This document shows positions 40,101 to 53,070 of a stretch of 64,000 nt of DNA, piece by piece. The position numbers were made by a program, and so were the translations under genes. The stretch spans positions 434,001-498,000 of the forward strand of contig NW_021832232.1 in the NCBI RefSeq assembly GCF_006345805.1, given 5' to 3'. Numbering within the stretch: the first letter of the stretch is position 1; every line of letters starts with the position of its first letter. This DNA comes from Octopus sinensis. Taxonomy: Eukaryota. Under the pieces are notes generated by a model. That model had not been told where the DNA came from. It saw only the letters and a program-made list of their open reading frames with translations, and made no database searches.

Positions 40101-43100
40101 GCTGAACTTAATAATCTAAAGATTTATTATTGTGGGAAGCAAATAATTAGTAGCTGCGATGGAAAGAAACTCAATGACACACATTTTATAATTTCATCGT
40201 CTTCAAATGCGATAGGTAAAACAGCAGATATGGCAAAAATGGTCCATAATTCATGGAATCCGTCTGCCATAGACCCAAACGTGCATCTAGACTTGTATTT
40301 TGGAGAGAAAAATAAACCTATAATAAAAATAATCAAATTTGATATGACGACACCATCAAGAGTAATAGTATCTACAAAGGATAACAAGGATTCAAAATAC
40401 ACAATATATAAAGTCAGTAATTTATTGTCATAACAAAATAGAACATAATATCACTAAAAATGAATTTTGAAATAGAAATGAACAATAATTTTTCAGCAAG
40501 AAATATAAAATTTGAATTTTTTGGAATAGAAAATAATTTAACAAGAAATGAAATATATATTAATCAACTAGAAGTAATAGGATGTGGAGGAAAATTAATA
40601 GGTAAATAATAAGAACAAATAAAATTAGAACAAAATAAAACAAGAGAAGAAATTAACAACACACCAACAGGTAAGAAAAGATTGAATAAAAATTAAAAAG
40701 GAAAATGTGAAAATACAACGACATTATTAGAATTGATGGGAAAATATCCAATGAACTTAGGGGAGCAAAAAAGCTATGTGGTAATACGAAATGAGAGCTT
40801 AAAAATAATAATATCAAACAAAGAAAAATGGGTGGTAGAAAGAATTTATGGAACAGTAAATGAAACAGAAAAAATAATGAAAGTAATTGTAGAAACAGAT
40901 GACATTGAAAAAGTAAAGAAAAATATTTTAAAAATTAGAGAAAAGAATTTACAAAAAATTTTGACATGCAAATAAAAAGCAAAACAAATATAATAGAGCT
41001 GACAATATTAAATACTGATACAAACCAATTGCTAAAAAACAAAATAGAAAAATTGAATATAATCGGATGTATAAGTAGGATAAAATATAAAATTAAAAAT
41101 AGGAGAATTCAATACAGTAAAACAAACGACAAAATATAGTACTGCATATACATCAGAATATAAAATACCAATCTATACAAATAAACCTAAAAACGAATCG
41201 ACAATTGAAAAAATGCCAACAATAACAAGTATAAAGATTTTTTTATTAATCACAAATAGGCAAAATAACTACTGAAAAACCAACCACTGAGCATCTTACA
41301 ACAGAGAAGACTACTGAAATTAATGTCCCAATATATACCACTGAATCCACAACTCAAAAGATGCCAACAATTACAAGTATGTTAATTTTGTACTATTTTT
41401 ATTAGAAGAAGAAATCACTAGCAAAAAACCAACCCCTGAGCATACAACACACCAAAAAACAACAGAAATCAATGTTCCAATTTATACAACTGCACCCACA
41501 ACTCAATTGATGCCGACATTACAAGTTTTTAATAATTAGATTATTTATCGAAAAGAAGTCATCACAACAGAACAACCTACCACGGAACACCCAACGACTG
41601 AAAAAACAACTCAAATTAATGTCCCAATTTACACGACCGAACCGACAACTCAAAAAATGCCAACAATAACAGTTTAAAGATTTTTTTATTAATCACAAAT
41701 AGGCAAAATAACTACTGAAAAACCAACCACTGAGCATCTTACAACAGAGAAGACTACTGAAATTAATGTCCCAATATACCACTGAATCCACAACTCAAAA
41801 GATGCCAACAATTACAAGTATGTTAATTTTGTACTATTTTTATTAGAAGAAATCACTAGCAAAAAACCAACCCCTGAGCATACAACACACCAAAAAACAA
41901 CAGAAATCAATGTTCCAATTTATACAACTGCACCCACAACTCAATTGATGCCGACAATTACAAGTTTTTAATAATTAGATTATTTATCGAAAAGAAGTCA
42001 TCACAACAGAACAACCTACCATGGAACACCCAACGACTGAAAAAACAACTCAAATTAATGTCCCAATTTACACGACCGAACCGACAACTCAAAAAATGCC
42101 AACAATAACAAGTTTAAAGATTTTTTTATTAATCACAAATAGGCAAAATAACTACTGAAAAACCAACCACTGAGCATCTTACAACAGAGAAGACTACTGA
42201 AATTAATGTCCCAATATATACCACTGAATCCACAACTCAAAAGATGCCAACAATTACAAGTATGTTAATTTTGTACTATTTTTATTAGAAGAAATCACTA
42301 GCAAAAAACCAACCCCTGAGCATACAACACACCAAAAAACAACAGAAATCAATGTTCCAATTTATACAACTGCACCCACAACTCAATTGATGCCGACAAT
42401 TACAAGTTTTTAATAATTAGATTATTTATCGAAAAGAAGTCATCACAACAGAACAACCTACCATGGAACACCCAACGACTGAAAAAACAACTCAAATTAA
42501 TGTCCCAATTTACACGACCGAACCGACAACTCAAAAAATGCCAACAATAACAAGTATAAAGATTTTTTATTAATCACAAATAGGCAAAATAACTACTGAA
42601 AAACCAACCACTGAGCATCTTACAACAGAGAAGACTACTGAAATTAATGTCCCAATATATACCACTGAATCCACAACTCAAAAGATGCCAACAATTACAA
42701 GTATGTTAATTTTGTACTATTTTTATTAGAAGAAATCACTAGCAAAAAACCAACCCCTGAGCATACAACACACCAAAAAACAACAGAAATCAATGTTCCA
42801 ATTTATACAACTGCACCCACAACTCAATTGATGCCGACAATTACAAGTTTTTAATAATTAGATTATTTATCGAAAAGAAGTCATCACAACAGAACAACCT
42901 ACCACGGAACACCCAACGACTGAAAAAACAACTCAAATTAATGTCCCAATTTACACGACCGAACCGACAACTCAAAAAATGCCAACAATAACAAGTTTAA
43001 AGATTTTTTTATTAATCACAAATAGGCAAAATAACTACTGAAAAACCAACCACTGAGCATCTTACAACAGAGAAGACTACTGAAATTAATGTCCCAATAT

Positions 43101-46100
43101 ATACCACTGAATCCACAACTCAAAAGATGCCAACAATTACAAGTATGTTAATTTTGTACTATTTTTATTAGAAGAAATCACTAGCAAAAAACCAACCCCT
43201 GAGCATACAACACACCAAAAAACAACAGAAATCAATGTTCCAATTTATACAACTGCACCCACAACTCAATTGATGCCGACAATTACAAGTTTTTAATAAT
43301 TAGATTATTTATCGAAAAGAAGTCATCACAACAGAACAACCTACCACGGAACACCCAACGACTGAAAAAACAACTCAAATTAATGTCCCAATTTACACGA
43401 CCGAACCGACAACTCAAAAAATGCCAACAATAACAAGTTTAAAGATTTTTTTATTAATCACAAATAGGCAAAATAACTACTGAAAAACCAACCACTGAGC
43501 ATCTTACAACAGAGAAGACTACTGAAATTAATGTCCCAATATATACCACTGAATCCACAACTCAAAAGATGCCAACAATTACAAGTATGTTAATTTTGTA
43601 CTATTTTTATTAGAAGAAATCACTAGCAAAAAACCAACCCCTGAGCATACAACACACCAAAAACAACAGAAATCAATGTTCCAATTTATACAACTGCACC
43701 CACAACTCAATTGATGCCGACAATTACAAGTTTTTAATAATTAGATTATTTATCGAAAAGAAGTCATCACAACAGAACAACCTACCACGGAACACCCAAC
43801 GACTGAAAAAACAACTCAAATTAATGTCCCAATTTACACGACCGAACCGACAACTCAAAAAATGCCAACAATAACAAGTTTAAAGATTTTTTTATTAATC
43901 ACAAATAGGCAAAAAACTACTGAAAAACCAACCACTGAGCATCTTACAACAGAGAAGACTACTGAAATTAATGTCCCAATATATACCACTGAATCCACAA
44001 CTCAAAAGATGCCAACAATTACAAGTATGTTAATTTTGTACTATTTTTATTAGAAGAAATCACTAGCAAAAAACCAACCCCTGAGCATACACACACCAAA
44101 AAACAACAGAAATCAATGTTCCAATTTATACAACTGCACCCACAACTCATTGATGCCGACAATTACAAGTTTTTAATAATTAGATTATTTATCGAAAAGA
44201 AGTCATCACAACAGAACACCTACCACGGAACACCCAACGACTGAAAAAACAACTCAAATTAATGTCCCAATTTACACACGACCGAACCGACAACTCAAAA
44301 AATGCCAACAATAACAAGTTTAAAGATTTTTTTATTAATCACAAATAGGCAAAATAACTACTGAAAAACCAACCACTGAGCATCTTACAACAGAGAAGAC
44401 TACTGAAATTAATGTCCCAATATATACCACTGAATCCACAACTCAAAAGATGCCAACAATTACAAGTATGTTAATTTTGTACTATTTTTATTAGAAGAAA
44501 TCACTAGCAAAAAACAACCCCTGAGCATACAACACACCAAAAAACAACAGAAATCAATGTTCCAATTTATACAACTGCACCCACAACTCAATTGATGCCG
44601 ACAATTACAAGTTTTTAATAATTAGATTATTTATCGAAAAGAAGTCATCACAACAGAACAACCTACCACGGAACACCCAACGACTGAAAAAACAACTCAA
44701 ATTAATGTCCCAATTTACACGACCGAACCGACAACTCAAAAAATGCCAACAATAACAAGTTTAAAGATTTTTTTATTAATCACAAATAGGCAAAATAACT
44801 ACTGAAAAACCAACCACTGAGCATCTTACAACAGAGAAGACTACTGAAATTAATGTCCCAATATATACCACTGAATCCACAACTCAAAAGATGCCAACAA
44901 TTACAAGTATGTTAATTTTGTACTATTTTTATTAGAAGAATCACTAGCAAAAAACCAACCCCTGAGCATACAACACACCAAAAAACAACAGAAATCAATG
45001 TTCCAATTTATACAACTGCACCCACAACTCAATTGATGCCGACAATTACAAGTTTTTAATAATTAGATTATTTATCGAAAAGAAGTCATCACAACAGAAC
45101 AACCTACCACGGAACACCCAACGACTGAAAAAAACAACTCAAATTAATGTCCCAATTTACACGACCGAACCGACAACTCAAAAAATGCCAACAATAACAA
45201 GTTTAAAGATTTTTTTATTAATCACAAATAGGCAAAATAACTACTGAAAAACCAACCACTGAGCATCTTACAACAGAGAAGACTACTGAAATTAATGTCC
45301 CAATATATACCACTGAATCCACAACTCAAAAGATGCCAACAATTACAAGTATGTTAATTTTGTACTATTTTTATTAGAAGAAATCACTAGCAAAAAACCA
45401 ACCCCTGAGCATACAACACACCAAAAAACAACAGAAATCAATGTTCCAATTTATACAACTGCACCCACAACTCAATTGATGCCGACAATTACAAGTTTTT
45501 AATAATTAGATTATTTATCGAAAAGAAGTCATCACAACAGAACAACCTACCACGGAACACCCAACGACTGAAAAAACAACTCAAATTAATGTCCCAATTT
45601 ACACGACCGAACCGACAACTCAAAAAATGCCAACAATAACAGTTTAAAGATTTTTTTATTAATCACAAATAGGCAAAATAACTACTGAAAAACCAACCAC
45701 TGAGCATCTTACAACAGAGAAGACTACTGAAATTAATGTCCCAATATATACCACTGAATCCACAACTCAAAAGATGCCAACAATTACAAGTATGTTAATT
45801 TTGTACTATTTTTATTAGAAGAAATCACTAGCAAAAAACCACCCCTGAGCATACAACACACCAAAAAACAACAGAAATCAATGTTCCAATTATACAACTG
45901 CACCCACAACTCAATTGATGCCGACAATTACAGTTTTTAATAATTAGATTATTTATCGAAAAGAAGTCATCACAACAGAACAACCTACCACGGAACACCC
46001 AACGACTGAAAAAACAACTCAAATTAATGTCCCAATTTACACGACCGAACCGACAACTCAAAAAATGCCAACAATAACAAGTTTAAAGATTTTTTTATTA

Positions 46101-48658
46101 ATCACAATAGGCAAAATAACTACTGAAAAACCAACCACTGAGCATCTTACAACAGAGAAGACTACTGAAATTAATGTCCCAATATATACCACTGAATCCA
46201 CAACTCAAAAGATGCCAACAATTACAAGTATGTTAATTTTGTACTATTTTTATTAGAAGAAATCACTAGCAAAAAACCAACCCCTGAGCATACAACACAC
46301 CAAAAAACAACAGAAATCAATGTTCCAATTTATACAACTGCACCCACAACTCAATTGATGCCGACAATTACAATTTTTAATAATTAGATTATTTATCGAA
46401 AAGAAGTCATCACAACAGAACAACCTACCACGGAACACCCAACGACTGAAAAAACAACTCAAATTAATGTCCCAATTTACACGACCGAACCGACAACTCA
46501 AAAAATGCCAACAATAACAAGTTTAAAGATTTTTTTATTAATCACAATTAGGCAAAATAACTACTGAAAAACCAACCACTGAGCATTTTACAACAGTAAA
46601 GATTACTGAAACTAATAGTCCCGTTTTCTCTTCTTTATCTTCAACCGTTAAGACATCTCCTTTTCCCAGTTTTCTTTCTGTATGTATTTTTTAGAATTTT
46701 GTCCTTCTAATTTCTCCTCTATTCCTAAATCTTTAATTGAAGCTCTTCCTTCCTCCTCCTCATTAGATCATCTTATTGTTAATATTTTTTCTGAATCTGG
46801 TTATTGGTCTCCTTCTGATTCTTTGTCTCAATACATTACTTTCCGTTTTAAAATGTTCAATCCTAAGCTTGTTTCTCTTAATATTCATCTTTCTGGAGCT
46901 GATTCTATTCGTATTCTTTCTGGTAATTATTCTGATAATTTGATATTCCATTCGGTTTATTTTTGTATTTTTATTTTAGTCTCACAATGTTGATTTTTCT
47001 TCTCATAAATTGTTTGTTAATTTTCTTTCTCCTTATACTCTTACTGCTCAGTATTTATCTCTCCAGTTTTTGTGCTCTTCTTCTAATAATTATTCTTGCC
47101 AGAATCTTAAAGTTTTGTTTGTTGACATTGTCGCTTGCTCGGATGAAGGTTTCCCTTTAATTCTTTTTTTAGATATCATCATTTCAAAAGTTTCAACTTT
47201 TTGTATTGTTCAAGTTTTTATTTTATTATAGCAACCACCACTAAGAAACCAGTTAACGTTGGAGTTCCTTGTAAATTCCCTCCTAATGGTTAATTCGTTT
47301 TTTAACGTTTTAAGAATGTTCTAATCAAGTCTTTAATATTGCCGGTCCCGAGAATTTGCACAATGTCAAAATTACTGCATCAAGTCATCTGAACGGAACT
47401 GACCCACGTTTTATATTTTCAAATGAAAATGTATTTTTATTAAAAATATATATTCAGGAATGGATTCCCATTCCGTCTGACAATAAACCCTTTATAAAAC
47501 TTGAATTTCCGTTTTATTTAAAGACTATTGTTAGCGATTTTGAACTTACAATGCCAAATCTTATTATGGTCAATATCGAAATTAAACTTTTCTATCTTGG
47601 AAATGAAATTTTTTTTGTATCTTTAGAAAAATAATTTATCATAGACTAAATTGGTTTCATTAAGTGGTCTAATTAAAATGGACTTTATAGAAAGGTTCAA
47701 TTCTACGTATTTGGTTGACACAATCTTGATTTCTTTTGATAGCCCAGATATATCTGCATACAAATTTATTGTCAATGGGTGTTTCAAAAATAGAACTAAA
47801 TGTTATTTATTTATTCATTACTTTTTAGTTGAAACTCCAACGACTATTAAATATTCTGAATGTTTAAGTTTTACTTGTTTACTTTTAGATTGCAAGCCCC
47901 TTTCACTTCTTACTCCAGAAAATTCGGATCATTTCTACCTTGAGTCATCTGAAGGATCTCCACTAGATCTTCTTAATGATGATACTTGGACCGCTAAAAA
48001 TGACAACTCCTACCTTACCATCAACTTAAAAAACAATTTACAGATTGTTGCTGTTTCTCTCAAGACTAACAATCTGGCTCTTTCTACTATTAAAGCAATA
48101 CTCGAAGGAAACGAGGGAATTAAGCACGTTCATGTTAGGCTATATACGAAATAATATTTATAGACACTCATTCCTAAGTTTCTGCAGGATTCTTCTTTAC
48201 TTTTTATGAAACCAATTTTGGCTAGAAAAATAACATTGATTTTTAAAAAAGACGAAAATCATTTGGACGGTCTAATTGAAATTAGAAATTTGAATGTTGA
48301 AATTTGTACATCTGATGGTTGTTTATGTTTATGATTTGTAGATGAAAAATGTAGTTTGAAAACAAAAACTGAAGAATTGAAAAACGATGAATGTATTTCT
48401 TTAAATAATGTTACACATTCTTATTGTCACGGAAATTGTGATTCCGGGACTAATTTAGTTTTTCGGGTATATATTCACAAGTTAAAGTTTTATTAGAATA
48501 TGACTGTACATGCTATTAATAAATGTTATTGTTGCAGTGGAATAGTAGATAAAACTAATCCATTTATTCCGGTTGAAATGAAATGCAGAAACAGTATCAA
48601 TTCAATAAAAATACCAAAATATGCAGCATGTTATTGTAGATCGTGTGGAATTCATTAA
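34154..48658 (+). CDS. Large secreted SCO-spondin/hemolectin/gel-forming-mucin-like protein: signal peptide, EMI/EGF-like, 3 vWD-C8-TIL blocks, LDLa repeats, FA58C-like domains, PTS repeat, C-terminal cystine knot
   Basis: HYRTFDG..GLCGLFDG, NYLTFD..GMCGTFD, GDSHFVTFDG..GLCGDFDNN; TIL CPGNMEYTEC; LDLa CDNKIDCLDGSDEKNC, CDGHDDCGDGSDE; terminal YCHGNCDSG..CYCCSG..CYCRSCG*; dozens of tiny introns. Confidence 0.85.
41229..46620 (+). repeat. 442-bp higher-order tandem repeat, 12 full units plus a partial; each unit is three 117-nt Thr/Pro-rich exons plus introns of 31, 29 and 31 nt
   Basis: Unit marker aggcaaaa recurs at about 41258, 41701, 42141, 42582 ... 46550; exons encode variants of KITTEKPTTEHLTTEKTTEINVPIYTTESTTQKMPTIT. 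Confidence 0.95.
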
Positions 48659-50499
48659 ACTCTAAAATTAAATTTATGTTGTCAATTAAACTAAAATTTG
48701 CTGTAATAACCAAATTAAAGTTTATTAATTTTTTATATTTAAAATTTATTAATAGCATCAATTAGTCAAAAGTGAATGAGTGATGATTGACCCTTAGCAA
48801 AATCTAATAAAAATATTTTAATCTCCAAGATTAATTTTTGCAAAGTTCGTATAGTTTAACGTTGATTTGTAATCAATATACAGTACTAATATTAAGGACT
48901 AAGTGTGTCTTAGCTTGTGTCTTACCTCCAAAAGACGAGTTATGGTTTGGCAGTTTTTAATTAAGTGACCGTTTTTGGTTGTGAATATTTTTCTTGGTTT
49001 TTAATAATTTCTGAATTTATGAGTGGGATAGTAATGATCGATTTACCTATTTATATTGTTTATAATTAATGTTGAGCACATTTTAAATCCCAATAATTTG
49101 AAATTTAAATACCACATTCATTAGAGTTTCTAAAAATATAAAAATCCCAAGTCGTTTTGAAAAAATGGAAATTTCAGAAAGAAATAATTTTTTACTTACA
49201 CAGAACCCGATTTACAATCCATGTTGCCGGGATAAATTAGTTTTTATACCATGATATATGTTTTTCATAAACTATCTTAATTAAAATTAAGTATTTTTAA
49301 TAAATCTGATATGTTTTGGATTCTTAATATATTTGTCTATAAATAAAGATCAATAAATAAAGATTAACTTGAAAATTTTTAGTTTTATTATTTTTAAAAG
49401 TGTTGGTATGAGATTCAATCAATTTTGTCGTCATTTGCCAGTCAGTGAAAATGCATAACGCTGAGTTGATTAAGATTTATTCATATGTAAATTATCGCGA
49501 ATTTTTTTAATGAAATCTCCATGGGTGTCTTTAATTGTTAAATTTATTTTATTTAGTACCAGGAAAAATTTCTATAAAGAAATTCAAATAGTACGCCAGA
49601 CTGAAACTGGAATAGTGACTCATCTATTTTTTTCTAACTTTTTATAGTTTCACCAGAAAGAAGAACGAATCAAGAAATTATGGAGTATCCTTTAATTATT
49701 GTATTTGATTATTTTAGAACGACATCAGAGAATTTAAAAATATATTTAAGAAATTTATTTCCAGATTATGAGTTGGAAAATGTGGAATACATATAATAGA
49801 CCCGAATTAATAATTACTACATTGTTGATTGATCTCGAATTTATAAACGACTTTGAATATTCTGAATTTAAGTTATGATAGAAAATCCAAATAAAATAAT
49901 ATTGGATTGGATTTATATTCATAACCTCATGATATTGTTGATAGTTTAGTGAGCCGACGACATGCTTTTTGTTCATCTTGGAGTATTTTGTTCATTTTAA
50001 CCAAAATTCAGAATTCTTAAAATTATTTTAGTGGGAAAGTTTTAAGGACCTCATCGTGTGAGTCGGAGACATTGTAATTGTTTATTTTAACAAAAATGCA
50101 GAAAATAATTTTTTTGATTTTTTAGCGGGAAGGTTTAAAGGACTTCATAATCATGTGAGTCGAGGACATGCGTGTTGCCCATTTTATCCAAAATCTAGAG
50201 AATATTTTTTTTAATTTTTGGCGGGAAGGTTTTAAGGACCTTATGATTGAGGATATTCTTGATATGTTTGTTTTTTGGATGAAAGATTTTTGGAAAACCT
50301 CATCATTTTGGGCTTGTTCCCCATTATTGGCGAATTCTGAGGGAGAAGGATTTTTACAATTTATCTTTACTTTGCCAAATTGAAGTTGGTGCATACACAC
50401 AGACAGGCAGACACACACACCATACAATTTCGAAATATTAATTTATGTAAACATTGACTTTTCTATAGTACACAAATCCAGATATTAGTTAATTAAACT

Positions 50500-50910
50500 T
50501 CTTCTGGTCGCTACATCCTCTATTCAAAAAGTGATTCAGGTAGGCAAGCCCGCCTCTTTCCCTTCGAGGTACTGACAGGCAAGGGCGATGTTGAAGACAC
50601 ACTCATTTGGTGATAAATTGAATGTATGCGTGCGTTCCCTCACTGATGTTAACCGAACGTGCATATTGTAGAAATTTTTGAGTAACCAGCTCATCCCATA
50701 TTAATACAATGGGTACTATCTTCACTTTCGCATGATAGATTAATTCCAGCTTTTTGGATAGGAGGTTATATTTCATAATTTTTTCGATCTCCATTTGCTG
50801 TAAGTTTTGGGAAGATGTTATCCCAACTTTCACCAACAAAATTTGATTCCTTATCTTGTCAAAACAAACAAATCGGGCTTGTTATGTTCCACGATGATGT
50901 CGGTCTTTCT
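50500..50910 (-). mobile_element. Decayed RLE-type non-LTR fragment
   Basis: HNKPD..VGITSSQNLQQMEIEKIMKY..IVPIVLIWD, same family as 29637-30143. Confidence 0.7.
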
Positions 50911-50959
50911 AAATGTGTTCTATACCATTTTATTATCAAGATTTTTTAATACAATAACG

Positions 50960-51440
50960 TAAATTTTGAGTAATATTGTCATATGACAATGTTTCTATAA
51001 ATTTCTAGTCATTCCTTTTTATACAACGATTTAAATGAATGCACAATCCCTTGATCAATTGATTGAATCTTAGATGTTGTCTTTGGAAAAAAAAATACAA
51101 ATCGATATTACTAAATTCTCCATCAAAATAGTGGACTGCGCATTATCTAGAAGAAGAAAAATCTTTCTATTTTCAACACTCGTTTTGGAATTTAACCGTT
51201 CAACACAGTTTTTAAAAATTAAAATGGTCATCCGGGATTATTCTTTTTAAAATCAACAACTTCCAGTTTTTGTTGAATTTCGATAAGTTATTTTTTTCTT
51301 CAATAAAAACAAAAAATTATTTTTGAATTTATCTAAAGAAAATCTTTCCTTGTTTTCTTTCGGTTTCTGTTTTTTTGATCAATAAACGACATTCCTTCCT
51401 TCCACCTAAAGAAAAATGGGTTCTTTTCTATTTCATGAAT
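50960..51440 (-). mobile_element. pogo/Tigger-type DDE transposase remnant
   Basis: IFLLLDNAQS..TTSKIQSIDQGIVHSFKSLYKK on the minus strand; frameshifted. Confidence 0.65.
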
Positions 51441-52125
51441 CACGAAAATAGGTACTAAATTAACTAATGAATTGAAGGACTACGAACTCCCTCGCTCTGA
51501 GATGGAGTCCGTAGCCTTCCTTCAGGAGGTTGGAATCATTCCAACCGAAAAGAAATGCGCCAAAAGACATCTGATGACCCTAAAGCGAGATGGTACAACT
51601 TGGGTGTGCGATAAAAGCGAGTGTCGAATTTCAAATTCTGTCCGAAACGGTGTAATAAGAGAGTACTTTAGAGTACTAACCCTAACCCCAACCCTAACCC
51701 CAACCCTAACCCCACCCTAACCTAACAAAGAGGAACCGCGATAAAAGCGAGTGTCGAATTTCAAGTTCTGTCGAAACGGTGTAATAAGAGAGTACTTTAG
51801 AGTACTTTAGAGTACCAACCCTAACCCTAAACCCCAACCCTAACCCTAACAAAGAGGAACCGCGATAAAAGCGAGTGTCGAATTTCAAGTTCTGTCCGAA
51901 ACGGTGTAATAAGAGAGTACTTAGAGTACTTTAGAGTACCAACCCTAAACCCCAACCCTAACCCTAACAAAGAGGAACCTCACGCCACTATATGGGTGAA
52001 TACTTTGCAGGTATTAAATATTTAGATTTAATTTGTAGAATTTTTATGGAGAAGGCAAGTAAGCCATTTGGACAACGCATTCGACGAATTGTTAGACGCA
52101 ATCGTGCAATTTTGCCAACTTTGAA
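51440..52125 (+). mobile_element. Internally deleted Merlin (IS1016/ISXO2-like) transposon
   Basis: N-terminal zinc ribbon ESVAFLQEVGIIPTEKKCAKRHLM..WVCDKSECRISNSVRNG; C-terminus QRGTSRHYMGEYFA|28-nt intron|EFLWRRQVSHLDNAFDELLDAI; DDE core absent. Confidence 0.75.
51609..51980 (+). repeat. Three ~125-bp tandem units containing CCCTAA/CCCCAA telomere-like tracts
   Basis: Unit: cgataaaagcgagtgtcgaatttcaagttctgtccgaaacggt-gtaataagagagtactttagagtac-(ccctaa/ccccaa)n-caaagaggaacc. Confidence 0.95.
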
Positions 52126-52155
52126 AATAAAAAGTTTATAAGCTCAGATCTTTAC

Positions 52156-52660
52156 TTGGCGACTCAGAAGATTACACGACAGAAGATTTCAGCCACAATA
52201 GCTCTCAACAAATTACAATCGATTTTATTGAGAAAAAAAGAAATTCATGCAAAGATAGGGCTGCGCTTATATAACGTATTTGTCCTTGGGAAAGTCGGAG
52301 AAAGACATAGAACAACTTTACTCTTTTCACAGAGACCAACTAAGAAAACTCTTTAATTATTCTTGGCAAAAGAAAAAAATATTTTACGGATGAATGAAGG
52401 AACACCTTCCGATTTCGCCATGGAAGAATTTTTCTGCCATAGTGAATATCCAACTTATAGAGGACCTCCAAGAGGTTGTCTTTCCGAGACAATTGCGGAG
52501 AATTATGCTGTCATCGGGGGGTCAATTGAAGGACCTGACGATCTGGACGAAATCAGAAGACAACCAAGGCAACGAAACAGATAAAAAAGACTATTGACGA
52601 GAATAGTTAAGAATACGGCACAAGCGAAACCTAAACACTGTTTATTGGCAACGCGAACGT
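52156..52660 (+). mobile_element. RTE-type LINE 3' fragment
   Basis: ALNKLQSILLRKKEIHAKIGLRLYNVFV..ILRMNEGTPSDFAM..YRGPPR; disrupted. Confidence 0.5.
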
Positions 52661-53070
52661 ACATTAACTAATTAACTAACAAATTCCTTCATCAGTATGA
52701 TCAATTTGGATAACGTAAATTGGCTTTTCGTAAATAAATTAAAATTGAATCGGCAATCAAAAAGAATGTCGTTGTTTAATATTTTATTATATTTATGGAA
52801 AATTCTTAAATAGTTGGCGACTTAGCTTCTTTTAGTTTTTACAAATTTTTAATTTAGATACAGGAAAAAATGACGCCTATTAAATTAAAATTTATTATAT
52901 TTTTCTAATATTTAATGTTTATATTATTTGGTTATAAAAATAAAATATTTTGTTAATATATTTCGTGCGTAGTTGTTTGTTTTGTTGTGTAAACTATAAA
53001 TGTTTATTTTTAGGTTTAAACAAGCTTATTTTATCTTTAATTCTTTTAATATTTTATAGATAGAACATAT

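Noticed and set aside
34154-40400. Alternative genetic code or stop read-through to explain fragmented ORFs
   Set aside because: The stops I checked fall inside short GT-AG introns; the standard code gives intact proteins.
41229-46620. CRISPR-like array or non-coding satellite
   Set aside because: No unique spacers; units are in-frame exons bounded by GT-AG introns in a eukaryotic gene.
51678-51970. True chromosome end or scaffold join
   Set aside because: Tracts are short, embedded in repeated units, and flanked by both halves of one transposase.
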